A stretch of DNA of 64,000 nucleotides, taken from Lama glama (Eukaryota). The notes under the pieces were generated by a model. That model had not been told where the DNA came from. It did no database searches and worked only from the letters and a program-made list of their open reading frames with translations. This document shows positions 47,735 to 60,680 of the stretch, in pieces (within the stretch, counting starts at the first letter, position 1; the number at the start of each line of letters is the position of its first letter). The DNA is taken from contig CM052819.1 of assembly GCA_028534125.1 (NCBI GenBank), forward strand, positions 54,560,001 to 54,624,000, in the 5' to 3' direction. The position numbers were made by a program, and so were the translations under genes.

Positions 47735-48855
47735 CGGCCTTATTGATGTTATCATTGATGTATGATAAATTGCACACATTTAAAGCATACAGTTTGATTT
47801 GTTGTGAACTACATATGCACATGTGAAACCCTCACTGAAATAAAGATTATGAACATGTCTATTACTCCTCAAAGTTTCCTTGGGCTCCTTTGTAATTCCT
47901 GCCTCCTCTCCTCTGCCCACATCCCTTCTACCCGACCCCAGAGTCTCTGGGCAATCACTGATCCACTTTCTGTTACCATAGATTAGTTTGCATGTTCTAT
48001 AATTTTATATAAATGGAATCATACAGTATGTACTCTTTTTGTCTGGCTTCTTACCCTCAGCATAATTATTTTGAGATTCCTTGATACTGTTATGTGTATA
48101 GATAGTTCATTTTATTTTACTTCTATGTAGTATTCAGTTGGATGACTATCCCACAATCTTTAATTCAATCATCCACTGATGGACATTTGCATTATTTCCA
48201 GTTCTTGGCTATTACAGATAAAGCTGCTATGAATATTCTTGTACAAATGTTTGTCTGAACATACACTTTATTTCTTTGAAAAATACCTAAGAACAGAATG
48301 TCTTAATCACATGAGAGGTATGTTTTTAACTCTTTAAAATAAGTGGTCAAACTGTTTTCCAAAGCAGTTCTACCATTTTGCATCCCCATCAGGAGTGTGT
48401 GAGTGTCGCAGTTGCTCCAGATCCTCACCAGCACTGAGGATCCAGCGATTCTAGTAGGGGACTAANNNNNNNNNNNNNNNNNNNNNNNNNNNNNNNNNNN
48501 NNNNNNNNNNNNNNNNNNNNNNNNNNNNNNNNNNNNNNNNNNNNNNNNNNNNNNNNNNNNNNNNNNNNNNNNNNNNNNNNNNNNNNNNNNNNNNNNNNNN
48601 NNNNNNNNNNNNNNNNCTTCTCAATGAGTTGGAAAAATTCTTCCAACTTGTATTTTCTATTTTCTAGTAGTATTTTTTGAACAGCAAAAGCCTTTATTTT
48701 GATGAAGTCCTGTTTACTTTTTAAAAACTTTACAGTTCATGCTTATCGTATCAAATTTAAGAAATCTTTGTCAAATCTAAGATCACTAAGATTTCTTCTG
48801 TGTTTCTTTCTAAAAGTTCTAGAATGTTTGCTATTACATTTAGGCCAATGATTAG
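47735..48855 (-). mobile_element. Old L1 (L1MB/MC-like) 3' region spanning a gap
   Basis: ttttatataaatggaatcatacagtatgtactctttttgtctggcttc...ccactgatggacatttgcattatttccagttcttggctattacagataaagctgctatgaa. Confidence 0.88.
48466..48616. other. Assembly gap
   Basis: Run of N. Confidence 1.
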
Positions 48856-49149
48856 CATACGTGAAAACTGAATGACTTGGCCGAGGTGACATGGTGAGTC
48901 AGACCCCAAACCATCTCCATGTCACATAGGTCCTTGTCCTGAACACTTATTTTTTATGGATTTTTGGATCTAGTTTCAGAATTGAGTTAATCATATTTCT
49001 TCATTCATAAGTGCACCAGCACCAGTAGTCCAAGACAAGTCTCCTATTTTTAATTACATTTTGCTGTTTTTACAGCATTGTTTATTTCTTATATCTCTGA
49101 GCCAAAGCCTATAATTTTATATTTTGCTCTGTAATACTGGGGCTTAACC

Positions 49150-49790
49150 TCTAACTTCATTCCCCAGACCTCTTTGTCAACTGGCTTCCTGGCAGTGTCT
49201 GCCAATGGGACACACAGGCTGGAGATAGAAACGCAGGAGGAACAGAAGAGCTGTCTTTCAGTTTTCTGGCTTCTGTCAACATTCCTCCAGGAGCAGAGGA
49301 GAGCCACAGTTCCATCCCCAGCCTCTTTCAACACTCCCAGCACCGGCCATCAGCACCAGATGAGCCCCTACCCCAGAGGTCTGAGCACCACAGCAGCCAG
49401 GGCTTCCTGCCTTTGAACTCCTAGGTCTGACGACACCATCTCTTCCCTTTCATTCCACCAGCCTTAGATGTGATCAGTTTTCAGTTACCTCTGTGTTCCC
49501 TTTCTCATCTATCTGCCTTCCAATACCCTTGTACTCAATTCCCTGTATTAAATCCTGTTTGGGAGGAAGGGTATAACTCAGTGGTAAGAGTGCCTGCTTA
49601 GCAGGCACGAGGTCCTGGGTTCAACCCCCAGTACCTCCATAAAATAAACAAACAAACAAACCTAATTACCTCCCCTACCAAAAAAATAAAATAAAAATTG
49701 TTTTAAAATAATCAATCAATCAATTACTCCTCTCTGTTTAAAATATCTAGCACGTTTTCTGTTTTCCCAGTTGGACACTGATTGATATAT
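49150..49790 (+). mobile_element. LTR33-like ERVL solo LTR interrupted by a SINE
   Basis: ctgccaatgggacacacaggctggagatag...caattccctgtattaaatcc [SINE] ctctgtttaaaatatctagcacgttttctgttttcccagttggacactgattgata. Confidence 0.7.
49561..49722 (+). mobile_element. vic-1-like camelid SINE, full-length with bipartite tail
   Basis: gggtataactcagtggtaagagtgcctgcttagcaggcacgaggtcctgggttcaacccccagtacctcc + A-rich + cctaattacctcccct + A-rich. Confidence 0.9.
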
Positions 49791-49799
49791 CCCCATTTC

Positions 49800-51060
49800 T
49801 TGCTGCTGCACAGGCACTTAATTTAGTGTGTTTTGTATACATCATTGGATATGAATACATCCTTGCAAAATATGATTTTCTTCTGTTGTGGTTTTGATTT
49901 ATATAAATGCTGTTGTACTGTATATCTCTTTCTGTTTTCTTTCACTCAAAACCATTTTGCTAAGATTTACTCAGGCTGGAGTCCTACTTCTAGTTCACTG
50001 TTTCTGATGACTGCATAATATTCTATGGCAGGTATCCACCCAATTTCATTTATCCATTCCCTGAGAGATGGTCTTTGAGATCATCGCCAACTCCCTGCTA
50101 CCACAAACAACACAGCTCTGACTTGCGCAGGCGCTTCTGTGACATTTACCTCTGGAGCGAGAGCTGGCCAGGCAGTACCTGCTTTCTCCAGTTAAGTACA
50201 TACTGTACATGAAGTTCGCTGACTGGAATGGCAGACTCACAATGCTTATGGGTGCTTATTTCCTCACATTTTTACCAGTATTTATCATTTTTGCAAATTT
50301 AGTGAGTATAAATACAATTTTGTGATTTTACTTTGCATTTCTTTGATTATTAGTGAGGTTGGGCAACTCTTTGTGTACTTGTTCATCTTAAAATTTCCCC
50401 TGCGCAACTTGCTCACACATGGCCTTTGACCATTTTTCCACTGAATTTCCCATCTTTTTCTTTTTAGTCTACAGAAGTTCCTGGTTTATTCTATTTAACC
50501 CCATTAGCTCAAGGCATTGCAAACATCTTCTCTTCATCTGTTGTCCTTCTTTAATCTTCATCTAGTGTATCCTTTGCTGAACACAAAAATTTAAAATTGC
50601 TATAGGAGGACAGACTATAGCTTGGTGGTAGAGGGCATGCCTAGCATGCTCAAGGTCCTGGGTTCAATCCCCAGTACTTCCGTTAAAATAAATAAATAAA
50701 AATAAACTGAATTGCCTCACCCTCCCAAAGAAAAATTAAAAATTAAAATAAATTTAAAAATAAAATACAATAAAATTGCTGTAGCCAAAACTATCAATAT
50801 TGTGCCCTGATATTTGTGCTTCTGGATTCTTCTTTAAGAGTCTCCACCCCAGAGTCACAAATATACTCTCTTAACCTTTTATTCTATGTTTTTTTATAGC
50901 TTTATAATATTACCTTTCCCATGTGGATCTTTAATCCATCTAAAATTCACCTTTTACATAGTATAAAATAGACATTTAAATAGTATAAAACAGAAATTCT
51001 ACCTTAATTTATCTTCAAAAGTTGCCCATATTCTCAACCCCATCTGATCTCTTTACATTT
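49800..51060 (-). mobile_element. Old L1 (L1ME-like) fragment interrupted by a SINE
   Basis: tcatttatccattccc, tttgcatttctttgattattagtgaggttgggcaactc, ggcctttgaccatttttcc, ggatctttaatccatctaaaattc. Confidence 0.7.
50606..50770 (+). mobile_element. vic-1-like camelid SINE with TSD
   Basis: tatagcttggtggtagagggcatgcctagcatgctcaaggtcctgggttcaatccccagtacttcc plus tail; TSD taaaattgct(a/g)tag at 50592-50605 and 50771-50784. Confidence 0.9.
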
Positions 51061-51513
51061 TATACGTAGAAAAGTCAGGCCCTTCTCTTTGTGATAGAAA
51101 TAAACCTCTTTGGGAAAAAAAATTCATGATTTATCTAAATGTTTAAAGTGAGGTTTAACAAAACTAGGACCATACATAAGCTAGGAGATGATCACATGCT
51201 CCAAGGTTCCTCCCCAGCTAGTTCCTTCCGTCCTATACAATTTTTCTCACCCTTCGTTACCCAACACTGAGGCTGTTGACTTTTGCCAAACATACCTCTG
51301 GCCATCCCCTCAGGGTTGGTCCCTCCTTGTGACCTGCCTCCACAACTGCCAGCCCTGGTGGAATGACCACATCAGGCCACTTCCTTCTTCCTTGTGTGAA
51401 ACTCATCCCTCTGCAAAGTGCTCGTAAGAATTGCCTAGAGCCAACTTTCCAGGGCTTCATGAGCACTGAAGTCTGCACTTGGCTCTACACATCCTGGGCT
51501 CATTAAACTCAAG

Positions 51514-51546
<33 letters not shown>

Positions 51547-51561
51547 CGTGTGTGTGCGTGT
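51514..51561. repeat. (TG)n(CG)n(TG)n compound microsatellite
   Basis: 48 nt of uninterrupted purine/pyrimidine alternation. Confidence 0.95.
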
Positions 51562-51589
51562 TTGTGTGGTTATAAAGATCTCCTGCTTT

Positions 51590-52165
51590 CCCCAATGTTC
51601 ACAGCAGCACTATTTACAATAGCCAAGACATGGAACAACCTAAATGTCCATCGATAGATGACTGGATAAAGAAGTTGTGGTATATTTATACAATGGAATA
51701 CTACCCAGCCATAAAAACCGACAACATAACGCCATTTGCAGCAACATGGATGCTCCTAGAGAATGTCATTCTAAGTGAAGTAAGCCAGAAAGAGAAAGAA
51801 AAATACCATATGATATCATTCATATGTGGAATCTAAAAAAAAAAAAAAGCCAAATGAACTTATATGTAAAACAGAAACAGACTCACAGATATAGAAAACA
51901 AACTTATGGTTACCAGAGAGGAGAGGAGTGGGAAGGGATAAACTGAGAGTTTGAGATTTGCAGATACTGACTCGTATATATAAAATAGATAAACAAGTTT
52001 ATTCTGTATAGCACAGGGAACTATATTCGATATCTTGTAGTAGCTTAGGGTGAAGAAGAATATGAAAACAAATATCTGTGTATTCATGTATGACTGAAGC
52101 ATTGTGATGTACACCAGAAATTGACACAACACTGTAAACTGACTATACCTCAATAAAATAAAAAA
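51590..52165 (+). mobile_element. Young 5'-truncated camelid L1 (ORF2 C-terminus, 3' UTR, poly-A)
   Basis: Translates to EQPKCPSIDDWIKKLWYIYTMEYYPAIKTDNITPFAATWMLLENVILSEVSQKEKEKYHMISFICGI*; AATAAA and A-tail at 52152-52168; imperfect TSD 51574-51589 / 52166-52178. Confidence 0.95.
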
Positions 52166-52179
52166 AAAGATCTGCTTTT

Positions 52180-52390
52180 ACCAAACCCTTTCACATTCTC
52201 ATTCATAAATCCTATAAAGCAAACAGAGCAGTAAGTGTTGCTCCCATTTACAAATGAGGAGACTCAAGCTTGAAGAGTTTAAATCTCTCAGAACTTTAGG
52301 CGATTTGCTCAAGGTACAATTCAGGAACGATGACTGGGATGAGACACCAGTTCTCCTGGTTCTAAGTCCAGTGCTCACTCAGCACGCTGC
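52180..52390 (-). mobile_element. MIR fragment
   Basis: ctcccatttacaaatgaggagactcaagc...gatttgctcaaggtac...tctcctggttctaagtccagtgctc. Confidence 0.7.
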
Positions 52391-53569
52391 ACTCTGTTAG
52401 CACGGGCCCAGGGTCTGTCTCTGTAATTAGATGGTTCATTCCTCAAGGGCAAAACAGGGTTTGGACCTCCAAAAATCCCTGTCTCATTTGATCCAAATGA
52501 ATCGCTGGCTCAGAGGTCGTTGTGCTTGGAGCCTGGTCTTGAACTCCTACCCTTTGGCTTGGAGCACTAACACTCTGTCTAGCCACAGTGCATGAACCCT
52601 CTTGCAATACTGTGTTCACCCTTGTCATGGCATTGACCATAACTGGAATCATATCACCCCTGTGTCATACTACCGAACGTCTGCCTCCCCTCCACGCTCC
52701 ACGGGTGCAGAGGCCCTGTCTTGTTCATAACTGAATTTTCGGGACAAGTTCTGTACAAAATAAGTATCTGTCAAGTGCATGAATGAATGTGTGAATGAAT
52801 GAGTGAATATTTCCTGTGCTTCCTCAGTTGCTGCCTGGGCTCCTGGGCTAAATGGACCAAGCACCTGTGTTAGCAAAGATGGCACTCACCAACTTCAAGC
52901 CCCTCTACCACCGGCCCCGACCACGGGAGATTCCTCCCAGGTGGGCAGCTGTGTTGGCCACGCATTTTTTAGATCCAGCACCAAGTTCAACCCCAGGGAC
53001 CAGTACTGTCAGGACACTTCCTCCAGCCCTAGTTCCACTGGCTCCCTGCCTGCTCTCCCTTGCCAGCCTCCTCTCCCCCAGCTCTGCATCCCAGCACACC
53101 CTGTGTCCACGGCCTCCCAAATCAGGGTCCTCTGTGGCTGTTTCTAGAATCCAGCCTCATGGTCTGCACAAAACAGACTTTTAATAGATGATAATGAATA
53201 ATGAGCTCTTTATTCCTCTTGGAAGTCAGATTTTTAATGTCTCATAGATATGAATGGAAAGCACAGCTGATTGGTAAGTAGGAAAAAATGCTTCCACTTC
53301 CAGTAATGGGCCTCCCCCTGCTGATGTTCAGAAATGTCATCTGTCAGAGAACAACAACACGTAAGTGGTAAACAATATTTCTTGAATGATTGCTCTGGAA
53401 AGAAATGTGGCCCTAAGCACGCCACAGGCTGTGAGTCTGGACGGGAACCCACTGGAATATTCTCCCAGAGTACCTAGGTCCTGCCTAGGTAAGCTTCCAT
53501 CAGACAGGGAGAGCAAACACTAGGACGCGTACAGGAAGACACGCACACAGAACTGATTCTGAATGGCAG

Positions 53570-53780
53570 GGTGGTTTGGGACACAGGTTTTAGACTCACA
53601 CAGAACAGGGTTCAAAATCTGCCTTTCATTTTCCCCAAGTAGTTTATTTAAAGCAAATTACTTCTCGGACTGTGTTTCTTCATCTATAAACTGGGGTAAT
53701 GGGACTCACACGGTTGATGTGAAGATTAAATGAGATAGAGAAACAACACTCCCGGAATGCAGTAAGGGGCATAGAGGGAA
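53570..53780 (+). mobile_element. MIR fragment
   Basis: ctgtgtttcttcatctataaactggggtaatgggactcacacggttgatgtgaagattaaatgagata. Confidence 0.75.
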
Positions 53781-54419
53781 GGGCTGCTGGTAGTATCAGA
53801 ACTGGATTCGAAACATTTCAGAGCCCAGTATGTAGATCTTGGTAGGTTACAGAATAAAGATGTCAGGGGAGGCATCTGGGGAGAGGGAAACTCAGAGCTA
53901 GGGTTAGGGGAAGGGGAGGAAAATGGTTTGGAAGAGAGAAGTGAGGAGGGTGTTGGAGGTGGGAGTAAGGGCCTGTGAAGACACGGGGAGGCGTGGGCTC
54001 GGCTCCAGGCCTCAGCTCTAGCTGCGGTCACTGCTGAGCAGTCCCGGGGGTATTCTTGCATCTCCTCCAATCTTAAGCAATTACTTGCTTTTTTTTTTTT
54101 TTCCCCAAACTTTCCACTGAAGCAGCCGTGGACATTCTGCCCAGCAGCCTGTGAGGCTCTGAGGGGCGCCGGGCTGACTCATGATGGTCTCCTGCCCTTG
54201 GACACACCCTCCAGTCCAGCCATCGTCTCTTCCTGCTCAGGGCTCAATGGACAAAGCCGGTCAGTGAGGTCAGCGAGCCGCAGACGTCTCTAAAGTTCTC
54301 ATGGAAAGGCTGTTCTCATCTTGTCTCTTGAAGTTTCATTTTAACAAGCCAAGGGGGATCCTCCAAAGTCTGGGCTCCAAAGTCTCTCTTGTGTGGGGAA
54401 AAGAGACTATTTAAGGACC

Positions 54420-54572
54420 TGCTGTTCCAAATGCAGTCCTTAGATCAGCAGGATTAGCATCACCCAGGAGCTTGTGTGACATTCTGATTCCAGGGTCCCA
54501 CTGCAGACCTACTGGACAAGAATCCCTGGGGGTGGCTCCCAAGAATTGGTGTTTTTAACAAACTCTCCAGGA
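54420..54572. mobile_element. MER5A remnant
   Basis: gatcagcaggattagcatcacccaggagcttgt...cagacctactggacaagaatccctgggggtggctcccaagaattggtgtttttaacaaactctccag. Confidence 0.8.
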
Positions 54573-55009
54573 GGCAACCCTTTTTTCTTTCTTAATGGTC
54601 AAGTTTATTGTTTTAGGTCACAGTTCCAAGGGGACATTAATAAACGTGATTGCTTTTGCTAGAAAAATCATTAATCCTGTGGTTTTGTGCACTGAGAATG
54701 GAACATGCTGTTCCACTGACTTGTCTTTATTCTCAGGGACCATCATGTTTGCGAAGCACTGGTTTAAGGTACAGTTTAGATACAAGAGCCTCTCCTGGGC
54801 TCACTCGCGTCACCTGTAGCCACCTTCTACCATGTGATTAAGAAAAAATCTATTTCTATTCAAGGGAATAGGAAGTTCACTCTAAAACACAGTTGCCAAA
54901 GACTTTGTTTCAAAGCAGAGAAGACTTTTAGAGGATTCCACTGTGGGTCAGTCATGAATAACCATAATAAAAGCTGAGCTTTAGACATGCAGATATTTAG
55001 ACTGGCCCA

Positions 55010-55430
55010 CTCGATCAGAATTCTTTAATTGCAAGGAATAGAAATGGAATCTTATTATTTTAAAGACAAGAGGCATTTAGTGGAAGAAACAGGACCACTT
55101 AGAGAATCAGAATCAGAAGAGTCAGGCTCAGAATGGCCAGGAACGGAGGCAGGCCCTAGGTAGCAGGAACTAACGGACAGTCTGGATTGGGAGCTGCCGA
55201 TGAGATTAAGCCTTCAGTGGCTTTCCAAAGCCGGACCTGTCCATCCAAGATGGCAATTTGCAAGAGAGAATCTGATTGGTTAAGGTACAGTCACATGCCA
55301 AGACCTGGCCAATGGAAACTGGGACTTTCTGACTGATGGTTCCAGAGCCCCTCCAACACTGCATGCAGTGGGTACTGGACGGTTCCTCAAAGCAAAATGA
55401 GGTGTGTTTCCTAGACATGAGTGGCTGGAG
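55010..55430 (-). mobile_element. Old MLT1 (K/L-like) LTR
   Basis: tcagaattctttaattgcaaggaatagaaa...gagagaatctgattggttaaggtacagtcacatgcc. Confidence 0.55.
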
Positions 55431-58400
55431 CCGATAGGCGAAGCAGTGGATGTGCCCTGCCTCCCTAGGCTGGCTGGCTTGATTGGACATGAGCAGGAGA
55501 AATCCAGATGTGGAAACTTTAAGGGAGATGAAAGGAAATGTGAAAGTTTTCTTAGAGAGGCTAGGGGAGTTCAAAGGCTAGGAAAAACAGAGTGGAGACT
55601 ACAGTATGATTAGGTGTCGTTGTGAAGGCCAAAGAGAATGACCTTACGTAATGACTTCAAGAAGCCCACCTCCAGGAGGCTGGCCAGGGCAGATGCACTG
55701 CGTGCTCCTGAGAGAGAGGGAGGGAGGCACAGGTTCAAAGAGGTGTCTGTGACGGATGGCCCCGGCGAAGGCGGGCAGAGCTGATGCGGGCTCTGCTGCG
55801 GGTCCAGGCCTCTCCAACACACGCCTGGAATCTGAGCATCCAGTGAGAGAGGACATCACTCCCTTAGGACAACAATGTGATGGTGGCAGGGTTGGGGGCC
55901 AGGGACCACTGAAGGAGGCCAGTCAGCAGCATCTGGGCTATGGATGTGTGAAACCTAACAGTCGAGGACCCCAAAGAGCCACTCTTGCCAAGATGTCCTA
56001 GAGACCACCCCTACAGTGCCAGTGTGTCAGCGCTTACAGGCCTTGATGTTCTTGAAGAGAAATGTTGACCAATTATACTTCAATTATAATTAATTAATTA
56101 ATTAAAAATAAACAATTTTGAAAGATTTTTAAAAACAAAGAGAAATGCTGAAAATATCAACTTCTCTCATAAGATAAAAACTGATCACAGCTACTGAAAT
56201 GCAAGGAGAGTCACTAGAAAGCTACCTAAAAAGTGATAGCACTTAAGGAGCACCAATTACATAATAAGCATGATGCCGAACACTTAATGGCATCTCACTG
56301 AATCCACAAAACAAGCCTGAGATTTCTGTTACACAAACAAGAATTTAAGTGATGTGTTCCTGGTCACGTAGGTAGTGTGTGGCAGGGCCGGTGTGGGAGC
56401 CAGGCATGTTCAACTGCAAAGCCGCTACCAAATACTACACTAGAGAAGTCTTTATTATTATTCAATTTACTAGAAAATTAAAATGTAAATGTTTTTACCA
56501 GATGCCATCAGAAATAAAGTTTTATAGCTCTAGGTGCATATATAGTACACATAATTTACAAATAAATACAAATAAATATAGGAGGAAAACTTGTATTTCT
56601 CCGTGACATGTGTTTCCTTTTTGCATAATAGCTATGTAAGGCACATAGTAGGCATTTTATACATTGTTGTTTAATGCTGAAGCATTTAATCAGATATGTC
56701 TGGTTAGAAATACAAAATGCATATGGTTATTTTATAGTCAAATATATTTTTAGCTGGCCAAGTCTAAAGAGAAACTATCAAGAATTATATGCCTAAAATA
56801 CTCTTGGCCAAGAATGGCATAAAACACCACGAAAATTTAAAACTTCTCTAAGAAAAATTGTGAACTGTTTCCATACCAAATAAGGCAGGGCCGAGGGCTT
56901 AGTGTCGATTACACCCCACACCAGTGGAGTGACATGAGGACGGGGTCTGTGAGGGCCAGCCAACTCGTGCCTGCCCCAGGCTGATTTCAGTAATGAGACC
57001 CAGGCCCTGTAGTTCACCTACTGCAACTATGCATTCCCTGAGGCCACACACCCCACCACAAAATCGACAGGAAGCAACCCTTGTGGTTGTGAAGCCGTTG
57101 CAGGGGACATAGGGGTGCGGGGGCAGCAGAGGGTAGCAGCAGATGCAGGGATTTGGAAAGTCCTTTAGGGGTGGGGTGGGGGGTTGTCAGTTTTTCCTCT
57201 AGAGGGGCCTTCATTTGACAGGGAATTGACCCTCTCTGGAACCTTCAAGAACATTGTGACCCACATCTCACAGTCCTGCAGCCTAAGTTCTGGGCAAAAG
57301 GTGCTCTCCGCAGTGTGAGCGCTTCTCTCGGCATGGCCAAGAAGGATTCCCTAACAACTGTCACACCCCATGGACAGCATTTTCCTAGCATCTCCCATCA
57401 CATGAGAATGCTGGCATTCCAATTTGATATTTAGAAGCTGACAAGTTCCAGCCTCGCCCAGGCCCAAGGGATCCCCTTTCCCTGAGTGTTTCCCCCACTG
57501 CACCACCCACACCCACATCACGTCCTCGGGATACTTTGGCGTGTCCCTTCCCAACCCCCAAGCCACTTAGAAATCACAGTCTGTACGTGATGCAGCTCCC
57601 TGTTCACACCCGAGCTTAACATTGAGCTTCATATTTGGCTGGTGCTGAATAAACGCCTAGGAAATGCTAAGTAAAACAAATGCTGAGAATAGCTGTACAG
57701 GAGGATTCTGTGTACCTAACGGGAATTCTTGCTGGCTTATGCCTTGAGGTGCAGATTAACATTTGTTGTTTAATGCCCGCCACAAATTAGAAGTGTGTAA
57801 GCAAAGTGTCTGGCACGTTATACATCCAATAAATATTGATTAAATAAATGAATAAATAAGGAACGCATGCAAGGAAAGGAAGGTTATAATAATCATTTCA
57901 GCAGTCCTCAGGTCAAGAGGCAAAATCACTAGTGATTGAAGGGACTCCCTGTTACTCCACAACTCATTAAAACTCCACAATTCTACAAGCTGCGTGAAAA
58001 ACTAAAACCGTTGTATGTTTCACTCCAATATCATTATACTGTATTAGCAGCATATCAGGGGAAGGTGCCTTTTAAATTTTCTTAAGTTATCTTAACTTTT
58101 AAAATCATCGAATTTTTTTAAAAGAAGCAGCCCTGTTCATGGGAAACTTCTTTAAAATAGACTTTAACCAAAAATGGACTTTAATTCCCTCCTTCTAGAT
58201 TGCCAAGGTCAGGCTGCTTTCTAAGGTCTGGGCTTGCTTTAGTGAGGAAGATGTGCAAATTAGGAATTAAACGAAAAAGTCAGACCTCGTCGTCTGGAAG
58301 CACGGCCTCTCTGCTTGTTAATAGGCCTCTTTTCCATTTGGTTTGCGATAAAGTGGCCCCAATTATTTTAGAATCCTTTAAAGGAAAAGCTATCCATAAA

Positions 58401-59189
58401 TTAAGCTACAATCCTCTCCTTATTTCCCAGAGAAATTAAATTCTTACCTTAAATGACTTGAATTGCGTTGCACAGAACCAGACAAAGCTCCCTTCTGTAG
58501 CATTACAGAAGACAGACAACAGCACAGAATCTGGGAGCTAAAGAGATAAATAGAAATAGATAGAAACACACACCCCCACTAGCAAAATTCAATAGTAAGA
58601 TCAAAGCTAAACTCCCTCCTTCACAGAGCTCCTGTTCAGATTTTTTTTCTCTCCTGCCCCATAATCTGAGTCTCGAATACTTTCGTTCCTATTCAGTCTC
58701 AAGATCAAACAGCTCACACACATCTGCTGGGGTAGGTTTTTTTTTTTTTTAAGCATTCAATAATTGATGGGGGTGAGAGGAGAAGAGGAGTTTGAACATC
58801 AACAGAAAGGCAACAGCAAAATACACCATCACACTCCGTCTGCCTGTAGAACGGAGGGGCCCGGCGGGAGATGTGTGTGTGGGAGGGCGTCAATGCCGGG
58901 AAGAGGTGATACCAACAAGTGGCAAGGAGAGTTTTCTCAGAATGCTTGCCCAGCTGTTTAGAATGATCTTTTAAAAAAACTGGAAAGTATCATCTTATTT
59001 CATCTCTTTCCAAATAGAATACTGCCTCTGACCTGCTTGGGAAGCAATGAGGTCAGAGGCCAGCCCTCAGGAAGCATGCCGTCCCACACAGGAGCTAGGT
59101 GTGTACACCTACATGTGGAGCAAAAGGCAAAACGTGGCCACTAGTCAACAAGGATCGTCTGTGGGAGTGCAGGGCAAGAAATGCTGGAT

Positions 59190-59460
59190 TATGACTAAGG
59201 AACAGGGAAGGCTTCCTGGAGGAGGTAACATTCAAACTGGCTTTGAAAGATACATAAGGATTTGCTGGAGAAGTAGATGAACACATTCTGGGCAGAGGGA
59301 CTGGTAAGAGCAAAGTGATGCTGGGAAAATAGAGGCGTGTTTGGGGTCCAGTGTAACTGAGGGGCAGGGACTGGGACTGAGCAGAGACCATGGAGACCAG
59401 TGAAAATTCTAGAGGTGAGATGAAGGATCATACATGAAGTACACCATATATGATAAAGCT
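59190..59460 (-). mobile_element. L2 fragment
   Basis: cagggaaggcttcctggaggaggtaacattcaaactggctttgaaagatacataagga...cattctgggcagagggac. Confidence 0.75.
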
Positions 59461-59776
59461 GTATTTGTTTATTCTTCACTTCATCTTTCCTCTAGTCCCT
59501 GTTACTCCCTGCTCCACCTATCCCTGAATAGTTTCCTTCTGTTTTCAAAACAATAAGATTCAGCAGCATGTAAGGTCTTCCATTACAAATGAGGCAGCTT
59601 AAGAATGATGAAAAATCAGAATAACCTGTGAAGAATCAAGTCTAAACAAAACCTAAGAAGCAAGGCTTCACATTTTCTACTGCCTTCTCTGTGGGTACCA
59701 CAGTTTTTCCTCCAAAAGTCATGAGCTTGCTGTTTGAGGGTCTTGGTCTTGGTCCCCCTGCCTTCCTTACAGCCCA

Positions 59777-59940
59777 TTGTATTAGTCAGGTTAAGTAATG
59801 CTATCTGCTGTAACAAATAAGCCCCAAATCCCAATGCTTAATACAATAAAAGTTTACTTTCTGCTCAGGTGAAATCCAGTACAGATCAGCTTTCCTGGGT
59901 GACTCTCCACATTAGGGACTCAGGCTGCTTCTGTCTGCCA
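59777..59940 (-). mobile_element. MLT1J-like LTR fragment
   Basis: tgtattagtcagg...tgctgtaacaaataagccccaaatcccaatgcttaatacaataaaagtttactttctgctc. Confidence 0.65.
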
Positions 59941-60269
59941 CTAACCCACAAGGGTGACCTTGGGCAAATCATTTCCCTTCTGTGGACTTCAGATCCTTCA
60001 TTTACGAGATGGTGTTAATAGTCTCTGCCCACCTACCTTATAGGATGATTATAACTACCAAATGCTTAGTAAACAATAATTATAACTATAAAAGCAGTTA
60101 ACATTTATTAAATTCTTACTACGAAAAGACACTCTGTGATGTGTAATGAGCACTGTTTCATTTAATCCTCAAAATGGCATGGCCACAAAAGTCTTACTAT
60201 TATTATTGTTGTTACTATTATTATAATCGTTAAATGGGTTTGTTTTTGCGTTCCTGAGTGAAACATGAT

Positions 60270-60680
60270 TGTAAAAGAATATTCCCTGAACACACTGAGC
60301 ATATGCCCACCCCGGGGGGCCTTGCACCTGCTAAGTCCACTTGCAGGAAGGCCCTGCCCCAGTTATCAATATGGCTGTGCTCTCCCTTCATTCAGGTCAC
60401 TAGGCTCGTGCCATCTTTTTAGAGAGGATGTTCCTATCCACTCAGTCTATCCAAAGTATCACCTCTACCGCAGCATCCTCTGATCCTGTTGGATTGTTCT
60501 TTATAGCATTTTAACCCCCTGACATACAGGAAACTCACATAGTCGTTTACTGTCAGTCTCTGCCAAGTAGGCTGTAAGCTTCATGAAAGTAGAGGCTTTG
60601 CTTGAAGCAGTCACTGCTATATCTCCTGTGTCAAAAACAGAGCTTAGCACATAGTAGGTGTTCAGGAAACACTTGTCAAC
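60270..60680 (+). mobile_element. L2 3' fragment
   Basis: ctgtaagcttcatgaaagtagaggc...cactgctatatctcctgtgtcaaaaacagagcttagcacatagtaggtgttcag. Confidence 0.8.

Noticed and set aside
49190-49210. miR-34-like start tggcagtgtct
   Set aside because: The match ends after 11 nt, there is no hairpin, and it lies inside an LTR33-like element. I saw no other known miRNA sequence.
51630-51836. Well-formed ORFs at 51630-51836 (+) and 37831-38091 (-)
   Set aside because: L1 ORF2 C-terminal remnants in 5'-truncated elements, not host genes.
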